Source: Methanomassiliicoccales archaeon
GTDB lineage: Archaea; Thermoplasmatota; Thermoplasmata; Methanomassiliicoccales; UBA472
Assembly: GCA_026394395.1 (NCBI GenBank)
Contig: JAPKYK010000002.1
Coordinates: forward strand, 183,653-247,652
Length of the DNA: 64,000 bases
Reading direction: 5' to 3'
In this document: piece by piece, positions 53,705 to 62,343 of the stretch
How positions within the stretch are numbered: the stretch's first letter is position 1
How the letters are laid out: the number at the start of each line of letters is the position of its first letter
The notes under the pieces: model-generated
Databases searched by the model: none
Seen by the model: only the letters and a program-made list of their open reading frames with translations
Told to the model about the DNA's origin: nothing
Made by a program: the position numbers and the translations under genes

Positions 53705-56482
53705 TCAATCCGTGTTCTTTAGAACCTTTCGCTTCCTCTGGCCGGACCGCTCCATCTCCTTCAGGTGGTTGGCGATGTCCAGGAAGCGCTGGTCCCAGGA
53801 GCTGTTCCGGGCCACCTCGATGCGCTTGGCCCTCAGGGCCTCGTCGTTTTCTCCTAATGCGGCCAGGATCCCCCTCTCGAACTCCGTGTCCCCCTCGTAA
53901 AGGTAGCAGACCTCGGCGTACCGCTCCATCTCCGGCAGCCGGACGCTTACGACAGGCTTGCCACTGCTGATGTACTCGTAGAACTTGACCGGGTTGGTGG
54001 CCATGGTCAGGGGGACCACCCGGAAGGGGATGATGCAGACGTCGAAGTAATAAAGGTAGCCGGGCAGGTCCTTGTACGGCAGCTCCCCCAGCAGATGGAC
54101 GTTGGACAACCGTTTCAGCCCGTTGACATCACAACCAAGGGTAGAGCCGATCAGCACGAAGTTCCATTCCGGATGCTTCTCCGCGCAACGGGCCACTACC
54201 TGCGGGTCGAACCATTCGGAGATGGCCCCGTGATAGCCGATTATCGGCCTCTTCAGGGAGTCGAGCTTGCCGTTCGGGAACAGGGTGTGGAACATGTTGA
54301 AGTCGGTGCCGTTGCGCACCAGTATGGTGCTATCGTTGAACGCCGCCGCCTTCTCGTAGAGCTTGGCCGAGCTGGTGACCACCAGATCGGCCTTCCCCAT
54401 GAGCTGCGTTTCCCGTTTCACCACCTCGGTGGCGTTGTTGCTGAAGCCGGCGTGGTCGTCCATGCAGTCGAAGATCAACGTGCCGGACACACGGGAACGG
54501 CACAGGTCGGCCAGCTGCCCCCATCCGGGGAACTGCACCAGGTAGGTGACGGACTTGGCGTCCAATCGTCTCAGCACGCCCAATAGCCCGTGCGCAACAT
54601 TGTTGAGGTCCGCCCCCCGGATACGATCCTGGTAGACGTTCAGCTTGTTGAAGGAGCTCAAACGGAGCTCGTAGATGTGCTCCCGCAGCTTGCCCAGGGT
54701 CACATCCTTCAACGCCTCGGCGTCGTTGAGGTACCGGGCGCCCTTCGGCGTCAGGTCCATGTGAACGAAGATGACCGTGTACCCGTTATCGGCGAAGCGC
54801 GACACCAGCTGCTGCGGTCTCTGCCAGCGGAACTCCCAGGGTATGACCGGGAAGACCACCAGGACCTTCCGTCCGTCGGCGTTGGCCTCCACCTCCTCGA
54901 GGTTGGACGGCTCTGAACGATAGAACATGCCCTGGACCTTGGAAGGGGCCAGCTGCAGGGTCACGCTCTTGAACGTGGCCACCAGGCCGTCGGACTTGAG
55001 CTTATCTACAGCCTGCTTCTGCAGGCGAGCGAACTTCTCTATCCTTCCGATGGAGGGGATGCTGTCCAGGAACTCCAGCCGCAGCTGCATGCTGCGGGCC
55101 CAGTCGGACATGGTCATGAGTTCGGCCTGCTTGGCCATGAAGCGGTCGGTCATGTCCTGCAGGCGGACGAACTGCTCATCGCGCTGTTGAATCGCCTCGG
55201 TGATGCTGGCCTCGGCCTCGGCCAGCTCGATGTCCTGCCGCGCCATGGCCTCCCGGGCGATCAGGAGGTCGTTCTGGCTGATGTTCAGTTCGTCCCTCAT
55301 TTGTTGGGAGAGAATCCTCTCTCCCTCCAGCTCATCGATCAGCTGATGATTGCGCTTCTTCACGTCCTCCAGTTCCCAGGTGGTCTGAACTAGGCGTTCC
55401 TTTTCCTTCTCCAGTTCCTTAATGAGCTGGAAGGCGTGGTCCCGTTCAAATTCCATCTGGGCCTGCACGGCCATCTTACGCAGCCTCTCTGATTCCAGAT
55501 CAACCCGCAAGGTGCCCAACAATCCGTCTTTATCTGCCAGTGACGTTTCGTAACGGACGATGGCGTCAGCCATCTCGCCTAATTTCTTTTCCTGGTTGTG
55601 GAGTTGATCATCTTGTAAACGGGCATTAAGCAGCATCTCGCTAAGAGCGGTCTTTGTAGCATCCAGCTCCAATCTGACAGAGTTTAGCTGTTGCTCCCGG
55701 TCTTGTAGGAAGGTTTGACTTGCCAGCTGATGAGACCTCTTACAATATTGCGGGGGAACCATGTGAGAACGGTCCTTTCCAAAAACCATGTCGATGAACT
55801 TTTCGCACGCCTCTCTATACACTCCCCACAAATCCTTGGGGATCTCTAATTCCATAAGGGCCTCTGGGAATGTCAGCAATGGTCCTAATCTCCGCTCTTG
55901 TTTCAGAAAGAGGACGTACAGGGCACGATATAGAACAAAAGACCGGGGGACATGGGAATCGAACACCCATTCGTGATCGGTTATCCAGTAACGCCCGCTC
56001 CCGTCAATGATAATATTATCGAAGGTCAAATCGAGGTTTGTCACGGGCATCAGGTCGATCAAGAAGGATTCTGGTACATCTTGGAGAAGTTCGTTCACGA
56101 ATCCTTCGATACTCGCCCTTCCATCCACAGATCCTAATGAAGCCAGATAGGTCTGGTACTTTTTAAGCAGACCGATCAAGCCTGCCCGATCGTTCCTCTT
56201 CGCCAGGGTTAGAAGGGCTTGCTCGAAGGAGGCACCTTCAATATAATCGAACTCCACGGCATCGTCTATTACAGTGCCCGATGGTATGTTGGCATCTGTC
56301 AGCTTATCCCTCAACAACTGACCGCCTCTAAAAATATTGATGATGTGAGGTATCCCTTCTGGTGAAAGAGCTCGTTTGAGGACCTTACGACCTTCAGACG
56401 TGGACAGGACGGTCGTTTCAGTACGGTACGAAGAAAGTCTTTCCCGATTGTACTTAATAAAGTCGATCCTTCGCTGGGTCAT
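53705..56482 (-). CDS. Tripartite protein: N-terminal protein-kinase-like domain, ~220-aa coiled coil, C-terminal GT-B (GT1/GT4-like) glycosyltransferase
   Basis: 925 aa. The N-terminal region has VLKR (beta3 Lys), FDYIEG (hinge), NLDLTFDNIII (catalytic-loop D..N) and YWITDHEW (metal-binding D), resembling APH/LPS-kinase/WbdD-type kinases. Residues ~260-480 are heptad-rich and low-complexity (Q/E/L/R). The C-terminal part has VLVVFPVIPWEFRWQRPQQL and a GT-B E..E region. Confidence 0.75.
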   Translation of the reverse strand: MTQRRIDFIKYNRERLSSYRTETTVLSTSEGRKVLKRALSPEGIPHIINIFRGGQLLRDKLTDANIPSGTVIDDAVEFDYIEGASFEQALLTLAKRNDRAGLIGLLKKYQTYLASLGSVDGRASIEGFVNELLQDVPESFLIDLMPVTNLDLTFDNIIIDGSGRYWITDHEWVFDSHVPRSFVLYRALYVLFLKQERRLGPLLTFPEALMELEIPKDLWGVYREACEKFIDMVFGKDRSHMVPPQYCKRSHQLASQTFLQDREQQLNSVRLELDATKTALSEMLLNARLQDDQLHNQEKKLGEMADAIVRYETSLADKDGLLGTLRVDLESERLRKMAVQAQMEFERDHAFQLIKELEKEKERLVQTTWELEDVKKRNHQLIDELEGERILSQQMRDELNISQNDLLIAREAMARQDIELAEAEASITEAIQQRDEQFVRLQDMTDRFMAKQAELMTMSDWARSMQLRLEFLDSIPSIGRIEKFARLQKQAVDKLKSDGLVATFKSVTLQLAPSKVQGMFYRSEPSNLEEVEANADGRKVLVVFPVIPWEFRWQRPQQLVSRFADNGYTVIFVHMDLTPKGARYLNDAEALKDVTLGKLREHIYELRLSSFNKLNVYQDRIRGADLNNVAHGLLGVLRRLDAKSVTYLVQFPGWGQLADLCRSRVSGTLIFDCMDDHAGFSNNATEVVKRETQLMGKADLVVTSSAKLYEKAAAFNDSTILVRNGTDFNMFHTLFPNGKLDSLKRPIIGYHGAISEWFDPQVVARCAEKHPEWNFVLIGSTLGCDVNGLKRLSNVHLLGELPYKDLPGYLYYFDVCIIPFRVVPLTMATNPVKFYEYISSGKPVVSVRLPEMERYAEVCYLYEGDTEFERGILAALGENDEALRAKRIEVARNSSWDQRFLDIANHLKEMERSGQRKRKVLKNTD

Positions 56483-56485
56483 GGT

Positions 56486-57382
56486 TTAACGCCTGCAGAA
56501 CACCAGGAATGAATTGGCCATCAGAGAGTATGCCCCGTTCATCAATAAGCTGTCGCACGTTAGACCCTCATCGAACAGGGCAAAGCGCTCCTGATCGTAG
56601 TTAGGTGACATTTTGCCCATATCGCCAATCGAAGGAAGTAAACGGTCGGAATAGATGCATTCTGGCAATTTGTAATCTGGATACGGATAATAGAACTCTA
56701 GGTCTGAGAACCCTGTCTCCACGAGCATATTTCTTATCTCTTCCCGTCCGAAAGTGCGAAATCCCTCCTCTCCAGGATATCCCTCCAATCCTTGGAACAG
56801 TACGCCAGAGTGGTCCTCCGGTGTCCCAGCCCAATATTTCAATCCCAGCTTGTTCTCTATGGCCAAGATCAAAGTACCGTTGTCCTTAAGCGCGGAAATG
56901 GCGTGTTTAAGCATTTCCTGATAGGGTTGGGGGGAACGTTGGTATATACCAGCGTATTCCAGGACACCAATCAGGGTGACGTAATCGAACCCCTTCAAGC
57001 CACCAATGTTGTCGAACTTGCCAGCGTATACGGTCAGGTTCTGCATCGTGCTGTGCCTGGCTGCTATGATGCTTGCCCGTCGCGGAGATATTTCCACGGC
57101 GGTCACCGAACGAACTTTTTCACAGAACAGGCCAGTTAGAGCTCCGCAGCCCGCACCAATTTCCAGCAACGACGCCTCCTTCGAGAAAGGGTACCATTCC
57201 AGAAGGTTCTTCCGTCGTTGGTCTAGATGATATAGTACAGCCCATCGCTGGTCATGGCGTATCGCATCTTCGAGATCGTTACCCGATCTCACCAAGGTGA
57301 GTATGTCCTCCTCAACATCACCATCAGAATATTGGTCCTGGTCGCTCACGTGGTCCAAGATCAATTTCGGTCCATTGTTCAT
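56486..57382 (-). CDS. Class I SAM-dependent methyltransferase
   Basis: 298 aa; LLEIGAGCGALTGLF is motif I. The stop is 3 nt upstream of the start of the kinase/coiled-coil/GT gene. Confidence 0.85.
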   Translation of the reverse strand: MNNGPKLILDHVSDQDQYSDGDVEEDILTLVRSGNDLEDAIRHDQRWAVLYHLDQRRKNLLEWYPFSKEASLLEIGAGCGALTGLFCEKVRSVTAVEISPRRASIIAARHSTMQNLTVYAGKFDNIGGLKGFDYVTLIGVLEYAGIYQRSPQPYQEMLKHAISALKDNGTLILAIENKLGLKYWAGTPEDHSGVLFQGLEGYPGEEGFRTFGREEIRNMLVETGFSDLEFYYPYPDYKLPECIYSDRLLPSIGDMGKMSPNYDQERFALFDEGLTCDSLLMNGAYSLMANSFLVFCRR

Positions 57383-57624
57383 AGAACCTTCACTCCCGGA
57401 GGTCTGAAGTTGTATTGTTGGAATTCATATGGTGATATATACTTATTGAAACCCGGGGAACTGGAATAAAATAATAAATGGGTTGGCGGGTCCGCTCAGC
57501 GGAAGATTGGAATTGCATAGAAAAGAGCTGTTTAATGATATCACTGGGGCATGGATCAAAGAAACTAATAATGAAACGATGTAAATCGTCATACATCAAG
57601 GCGACCTGTTCGATTATACTTTTT

Positions 57625-57728
57625 GGCTCTGACGCTAAACTGATGTTTCTATCAGAAATGATGGTTAGCCAGTTATTCTATATCATTCACTGGTAAGAGC
57701 TGTTGATATAGTTTGGCGTCAAAACCAT
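57625..57728 (+). repeat. Left copy of a ~104-bp inverted repeat (MITE-like unit with its own 16-bp terminal inverted repeats)
   Basis: 57625-57704 matches the reverse complement of 59314-59393 at 79/80 positions. The inner 24 nt match at 20/24. Unit ends: GGCTCTGACGCTAAAC (57625-57640) versus the reverse complement of 57711-57726, GGTTTTGACGCCAAAC. Confidence 0.9.
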
Positions 57729-57805
57729 TAAGGTTGAATTTGCCCATCATGAAGTCCGTTTCATTCAATTCGAAATGAGCAAAGAGGTCGAGCGGAGATA
57801 TTCAT

Positions 57806-59248
57806 ATGGAAGATAGGAAGGTAACCCGGGTCATTTCGGTCATGCTCTTATTAATGTTACTGTCTGGTTCGTTCCTCGTCATTGCTGGGGATACGGTATA
57901 TGCAGCCCAAGAAGGTGACTATACGTATACGATAGACGAAGGAATGGCCACCATAACAGGTTATACCGGCACGGGAAACAACATTACGATCCCCGACATG
58001 CTCGGAGGATGTCCTGTCGTGACCATCGGCAATAATTCCTTTTCTGGTCACGACTCCTTGACATCTGTGACCATCTCAGGCAATGTCACCACCATCGGAG
58101 AGGGTGCTTTCTCCGCCTGCCCCAACATAGTATCGGTGTTCATCCCGAGCAGCGTGAACACCATCGGCATGGGAGCGTTCCTGTATTGCTATGCCATGGA
58201 CTCGATAGATGTTGACGCGGCCAATCAGAACTTTACTAGCGTCGACGGGGTGCTCTACAACAAGAACGTGACAATCCTGATACAATTCCCGGGCGGAAAG
58301 GCTGGCGAGATGGTCATCCCTGAAAGCGTCACCTCCGTCGGTTCGAGAGCGTTCAACACCTGCCCGTTCCTGATCGGCATCACGATCTCCTGCAACGTGA
58401 CGACCATCGAGGAATATGCCATCGTCCAATGCGCATCTCTGAGATGGATCGATGTGAATGCATCGAACCCGTCCTTCGCCAGCGCCCTTGGCATGCTTTA
58501 TGATAAGAATTTAACGACCCTGATCCAATGCCCGGGCGGAGCGTCTGGCGAGCTGGAGATCCCTGAGAGCACGTCGGCCATCGGGAACTGGGCCTTCGCA
58601 TATTGCCCTTCATTGACCTCGGTCACCGTTCCCGGTAACGTAACGACCATCGGTTTCGGGGCGTTCCATTCCTGTACGTCCCTGACAACCATTACGTTCC
58701 TCGGTCTGGTGGCGCCGGTACTGGTCGGGGACCTGTGGATCGCGGAGACCGACCCGGAATTGCGGGGACACGCATACGCCGCCTCGAACTTCCCGATGCC
58801 TGGGGAAACCTTTTATGGACTGGAGATGGGAGAGGTCGTCCCGATCGTTCCCAGCGCACCTCTCGCAGTCTTTGCCGTTCCATATGATGGACATACCCTC
58901 TTAATGTGGGGGCCCCCCATCAGCGACGCGGGCTACGCCATCGCGAACTATTCGATCTATCGTTCGGTCGCAGACACCAGCAATTACAGTCTGATAGCCA
59001 TCGTCCCATGTTATGTTTATGTCTACAACGATACCAACCTGACCAAGGGAGAGATGTACTGGTACAAGCTCGCAGCCAACAATGTTAACGGCGAAGGCGT
59101 TCATAGCGTTGGCGTGTCCGTGACCATCCCTTTGGATGATGAGGCTACCAGCGTCAATCCTATCGTGATCTATGTGGCAGTGGTCGCGATTATCGCAATA
59201 CTGACCCTAATATTGCTTATGATGTATAAACGTAAGAATACGAATTAG
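57806..59248 (+). CDS. BspA-type leucine-rich-repeat surface protein with Fn3 domain and C-terminal TM anchor
   Basis: 480 aa with a signal-like N-terminus. Repeats of the type IP.SVT.IG..AF..C..L..I are LRR_5/BspA-like. An Fn3-like segment (PSAPL...W..P..D.GY.I..Y.IYR) follows. The end is IVIYVAVVAIIAILTLILLMMYKRKNTN. Confidence 0.85.
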   Translation: MEDRKVTRVISVMLLLMLLSGSFLVIAGDTVYAAQEGDYTYTIDEGMATITGYTGTGNNITIPDMLGGCPVVTIGNNSFSGHDSLTSVTISGNVTTIGEGAFSACPNIVSVFIPSSVNTIGMGAFLYCYAMDSIDVDAANQNFTSVDGVLYNKNVTILIQFPGGKAGEMVIPESVTSVGSRAFNTCPFLIGITISCNVTTIEEYAIVQCASLRWIDVNASNPSFASALGMLYDKNLTTLIQCPGGASGELEIPESTSAIGNWAFAYCPSLTSVTVPGNVTTIGFGAFHSCTSLTTITFLGLVAPVLVGDLWIAETDPELRGHAYAASNFPMPGETFYGLEMGEVVPIVPSAPLAVFAVPYDGHTLLMWGPPISDAGYAIANYSIYRSVADTSNYSLIAIVPCYVYVYNDTNLTKGEMYWYKLAANNVNGEGVHSVGVSVTIPLDDEATSVNPIVIYVAVVAIIAILTLILLMMYKRKNTN

Positions 59249-59289
59249 ACGATGATGGTCAAACACCTTCCATTTTCCTTTTATATACT

Positions 59290-59393
59290 ATGGCTTTGAC
59301 GCTAAACTCTATAAACAGCTCTTACCAGTGAATGATATAGAATAACTGGCTAACCATCATTTCTGATAGAAACATCAGTTTAGCGACAGAGCC
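59290..59393 (-). repeat. Right copy of the ~104-bp inverted repeat
   Basis: Reverse complement of the left copy, with a single mismatch in the outer 80 nt (59386 vs 57632). Ends: GGCTTTGACGCTAAAC (59292-59307) and GTTTAGCGACAGAGCC (59378-59393). Confidence 0.9.
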
Positions 59394-59445
59394 CTTTTTT
59401 ATTATCCGGATGTTTTATTAAATGATAACCAACCGGTCCATTCAT

Positions 59446-60990
59446 TTATCGAGGTTTGTAGACCCCAAAAAGCTCAGTGCCACGCCCTCCATTCTTAAAG
59501 TGATCGAGCTCAGCCTCCACCATTCGGACGATCAACTGACGGTCATCGAGGTTCTGGGCATTGTAATTGTCGTTATATGCGAGATTCAGTAAACGCCACA
59601 GGAAGCAATTTCTACGAAACACGTCTAATGGCTTGAACCATCGTTCTAACGTAGGCTCGATATCTTCGCTACGGATCCCTTCAAAACAACCCACTGAGTA
59701 ATCGTTGTCCGGAATTTCCGTATCCACAGTGCCAGTATTACGATTCAACCTGAATTTTTCTGGCAGCTCTTTAAATATCCCATTCGCTACGTCCAAAGCT
59801 TCCGGCCACAGTCGATTGCCATTCCTTCCCACATACTCTCCAATGCTCCAGAACTCACCATCATCGTTCAGACTTTTATGACAGAACTCAATTAGCTTTT
59901 CTAGTTCAACAATATGATGGAGCGCAGAGACACAAATGATGATGTCCCATTTTTCACCCGAATATTGTAAATCATTCGCGTCCGCTTCGATGAGATCAAG
60001 GCTCACCGTTGGAGCGAACTGTTTCGATGCCATGCAAAGTAGATCTGGATTAATATCGAGAAGCGACCATTCCACATTATTCCCTACGTGCGAAGCAAAA
60101 TCTGCTTCTATCCTGGCCGCTCCACTACACAATGACAGGACCTTCAGTGGCTTACCATTATCAGCTTTTAATTTCAATCGCCCTACGAAATCTGGGGCGG
60201 ACTCTGTGATGTTTGCAGCCAGCAAGCGCGACCCGTAGGCGTAAGGGGACTCATGAGAAAGCGGTCCGATGTGATTTAATCGATCTATCTGATATGGCAC
60301 AGCATTGATTTCACTACAATGCAATTTTCTAACTGGTCGGGCTTGACCTTGAGCTATGTTCGACCGTTCATCCTGCATTTGAGAATACATGGTGTGACGA
60401 TAGACATGACTAAAATGATCGATTTCATTGCGGGACCTCTGTTCGTGAAAGGTACGAGCTTTCATCAAAGATAACCGTTCTACTCTCGCAACGCATAGTT
60501 CGGCGATGGCGAGCCAATCCCCGATCGGATCATTTTTCGGCCCTGGAAGGCATTTAAAAATGAAATATCCTTGCCTACCCATTAAAAATGATACATCGAG
60601 ATGCGCTTCCCTCCATTGTGATGTCTGCTGACCACCGGAAATAGAGAAAGAAGCAATCATCTCCACATCTTTTCGTTTCTCTAATCGCTCAGAGAAGCTC
60701 ACTTCTAAGACCAAACCATCGCTACTGATTTTCGGTATCCCAGCACCATATCGGACATATAATTTCGTGTCTTTCTTAACTTTAATGCTCTTTGTGATCA
60801 CCAATTCTTCGCCAGCCAACAAGATCAACGATTGGCGCTTGTCGATGCAATGGGCGACCTGCATCCATCTTGGAAACATAACTCCATTCGGAGTTCCTGA
60901 GATCCGGAATGGTGATCCATCCTCGAGATAAAACTCATCCGAAAAGGAGCCCTTGCCATCATCGATTGCTTGAGTAGAAATATCGGTCAT
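59446..60990 (-). CDS. Class I SAM-dependent methyltransferase with ~250-aa N-terminal domain of unknown function
   Basis: 514 aa. VLSLCSGAARIE (motif I-like) and DIIICVSALHH sit in the C-terminal half. The gene lies in lower-GC DNA between wzt and the repeat-flanked cassette. Confidence 0.75.
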   Translation of the reverse strand: MTDISTQAIDDGKGSFSDEFYLEDGSPFRISGTPNGVMFPRWMQVAHCIDKRQSLILLAGEELVITKSIKVKKDTKLYVRYGAGIPKISSDGLVLEVSFSERLEKRKDVEMIASFSISGGQQTSQWREAHLDVSFLMGRQGYFIFKCLPGPKNDPIGDWLAIAELCVARVERLSLMKARTFHEQRSRNEIDHFSHVYRHTMYSQMQDERSNIAQGQARPVRKLHCSEINAVPYQIDRLNHIGPLSHESPYAYGSRLLAANITESAPDFVGRLKLKADNGKPLKVLSLCSGAARIEADFASHVGNNVEWSLLDINPDLLCMASKQFAPTVSLDLIEADANDLQYSGEKWDIIICVSALHHIVELEKLIEFCHKSLNDDGEFWSIGEYVGRNGNRLWPEALDVANGIFKELPEKFRLNRNTGTVDTEIPDNDYSVGCFEGIRSEDIEPTLERWFKPLDVFRRNCFLWRLLNLAYNDNYNAQNLDDRQLIVRMVEAELDHFKNGGRGTELFGVYKPR

Positions 60991-61056
60991 ATAATAATAT
61001 GAAAGATATCAAATTGCTTATTTAGAACATTTTAATGATATTAAGTTATTTTACAA

Positions 61057-62334
61057 TTATCCAATCCGTTCAATATTCATCTCCATACCCATGTCAAAAT
61101 AGCCCACGACGAACTTTGATGCAACCACTTGAAAAAAGAATATGTCATAGAGGCGATGATGCACAACAAACTCGCCCCGTTCGTCAAAACGGGTGCATCC
61201 CAGGGAAACAAGGTACTGCCCCCCCGCTAGCGTCATGGTCTGCCGGAAGGATACCACATACTCCTCTCCTTCGTGCAAGAGCGGTATATCCAGCATCTCA
61301 AATTGGGAGTTTGTTCCGGTCAGCTCGTTCCCCTTGATATCCTTGATGGTCAAAGCGAAAATGGGGGACTGCACATCTTCTTTGATACGGACGCGCATCT
61401 TGAACGTGCACTCCCTCTGCTTGATTACGGACTGGATTATGGCACCGTCTTCATCAAAGAGGCCGAAATCGACAATGCACATTTTTCTGTCCCCATAATC
61501 AAGTTTATTGGGGTTCAGGACCAGGCTTGATTTCCAAGGAACATCCTGAGACGTAGTAGATCGTTCCTCGATCTCCACCCCATCATCCGATTGGGTATGG
61601 AGGTTCACAGCGACCTTCTTGTATAGGTCGACCATACTTTTCGGGCTACCCTCGGCCAATTTCTTACCTTCGTGTAAAACCATCGCTCTATCACAGTACT
61701 TCAGCACGCTGTTCATGTCGTGCGTGACGAAAAGGATGGTCTTCCCGGCCTTCTTGAAGTCCTCGAACTTGCGGTAGCACTTGGCCTGGAAGTAGATGTC
61801 GCCCACGCTCAGCGCCTCGTCGACGATGAGAACCTCCGGGTCGACGTTGATAGCGAGCGCGAACGCCAGGCGAACGAACATGCCGCTGCTGTACGTTTTC
61901 ACCGGTTGGTCTATGAACTCCCCGATGTCGGCAAACTCCACGATGGCCGGGACCAGCTTCTCTATCTCCTGACGGCTCATCCCTTGCATGGTCCCATTGA
62001 GGAAGATGTTCTCCATGCCGGTCATCTCCGGATTGAAGCCCGCCCCCAGTTCTAGGAGCGCGGCCACTTTACCCTTCACCACGACCTCGCCGGAGGTCTG
62101 GTAGGACACCCCAGTCAATATCTTGAGCAATGTGGACTTGCCAGAACCGTTCCGGCCCAGTATCCCAACGGTCTCTCCCTGATGCACCACCAGGTCCACA
62201 CCTTCCAGGGCGTGGAAGTCCGTGTGGTACTTCCGGCGACGGGGGTCCAAGGCCTCCTTGGCCCGGTCCGACTGCTTCTTGTAGAGCCGATATACCTTCC
62301 CCACCCCCTTGATGGAAATAACCTCGTGGTCCAT
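61057..62334 (-). CDS. wzt: Polysaccharide/O-antigen-type ABC exporter ATP-binding protein with C-terminal Wzt-like carbohydrate-binding domain
   Basis: 425 aa. The N-terminal part is the TagH/Wzt type (Walker A GRNGSGKSTLLK, SSGMFVRLAFA, Walker B LIVDEALSVGD). An extra ~170-aa beta-rich C-terminal domain is present. Confidence 0.85.
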   Translation of the reverse strand: MDHEVISIKGVGKVYRLYKKQSDRAKEALDPRRRKYHTDFHALEGVDLVVHQGETVGILGRNGSGKSTLLKILTGVSYQTSGEVVVKGKVAALLELGAGFNPEMTGMENIFLNGTMQGMSRQEIEKLVPAIVEFADIGEFIDQPVKTYSSGMFVRLAFALAINVDPEVLIVDEALSVGDIYFQAKCYRKFEDFKKAGKTILFVTHDMNSVLKYCDRAMVLHEGKKLAEGSPKSMVDLYKKVAVNLHTQSDDGVEIEERSTTSQDVPWKSSLVLNPNKLDYGDRKMCIVDFGLFDEDGAIIQSVIKQRECTFKMRVRIKEDVQSPIFALTIKDIKGNELTGTNSQFEMLDIPLLHEGEEYVVSFRQTMTLAGGQYLVSLGCTRFDERGEFVVHHRLYDIFFFQVVASKFVVGYFDMGMEMNIERIG

Positions 62335-62343
62335 CAGTTCACC

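Larger units (their letters stand above)
57625..59393. mobile_element. Candidate composite (MITE-flanked) cassette or invertible segment carrying one surface-protein gene
   Basis: Inverted ~104-bp repeats lie at both ends. CTTTTT lies directly outside each end (57619-57624, 59394-59399). The cargo gene is on the opposite strand to the six flanking glycan genes. No transposase or recombinase is present in the window. Confidence 0.45.

Noticed and set aside
57390-57696. Small ORFs 57390-57599 (minus, 69 aa) and 57478-57696 (plus, 72 aa) lie in the AT-rich spacer upstream of the methyltransferase gene.
   Set aside because: They overlap each other and the inverted-repeat unit, have no start context or family resemblance, and are of a size expected by chance in AT-rich DNA.
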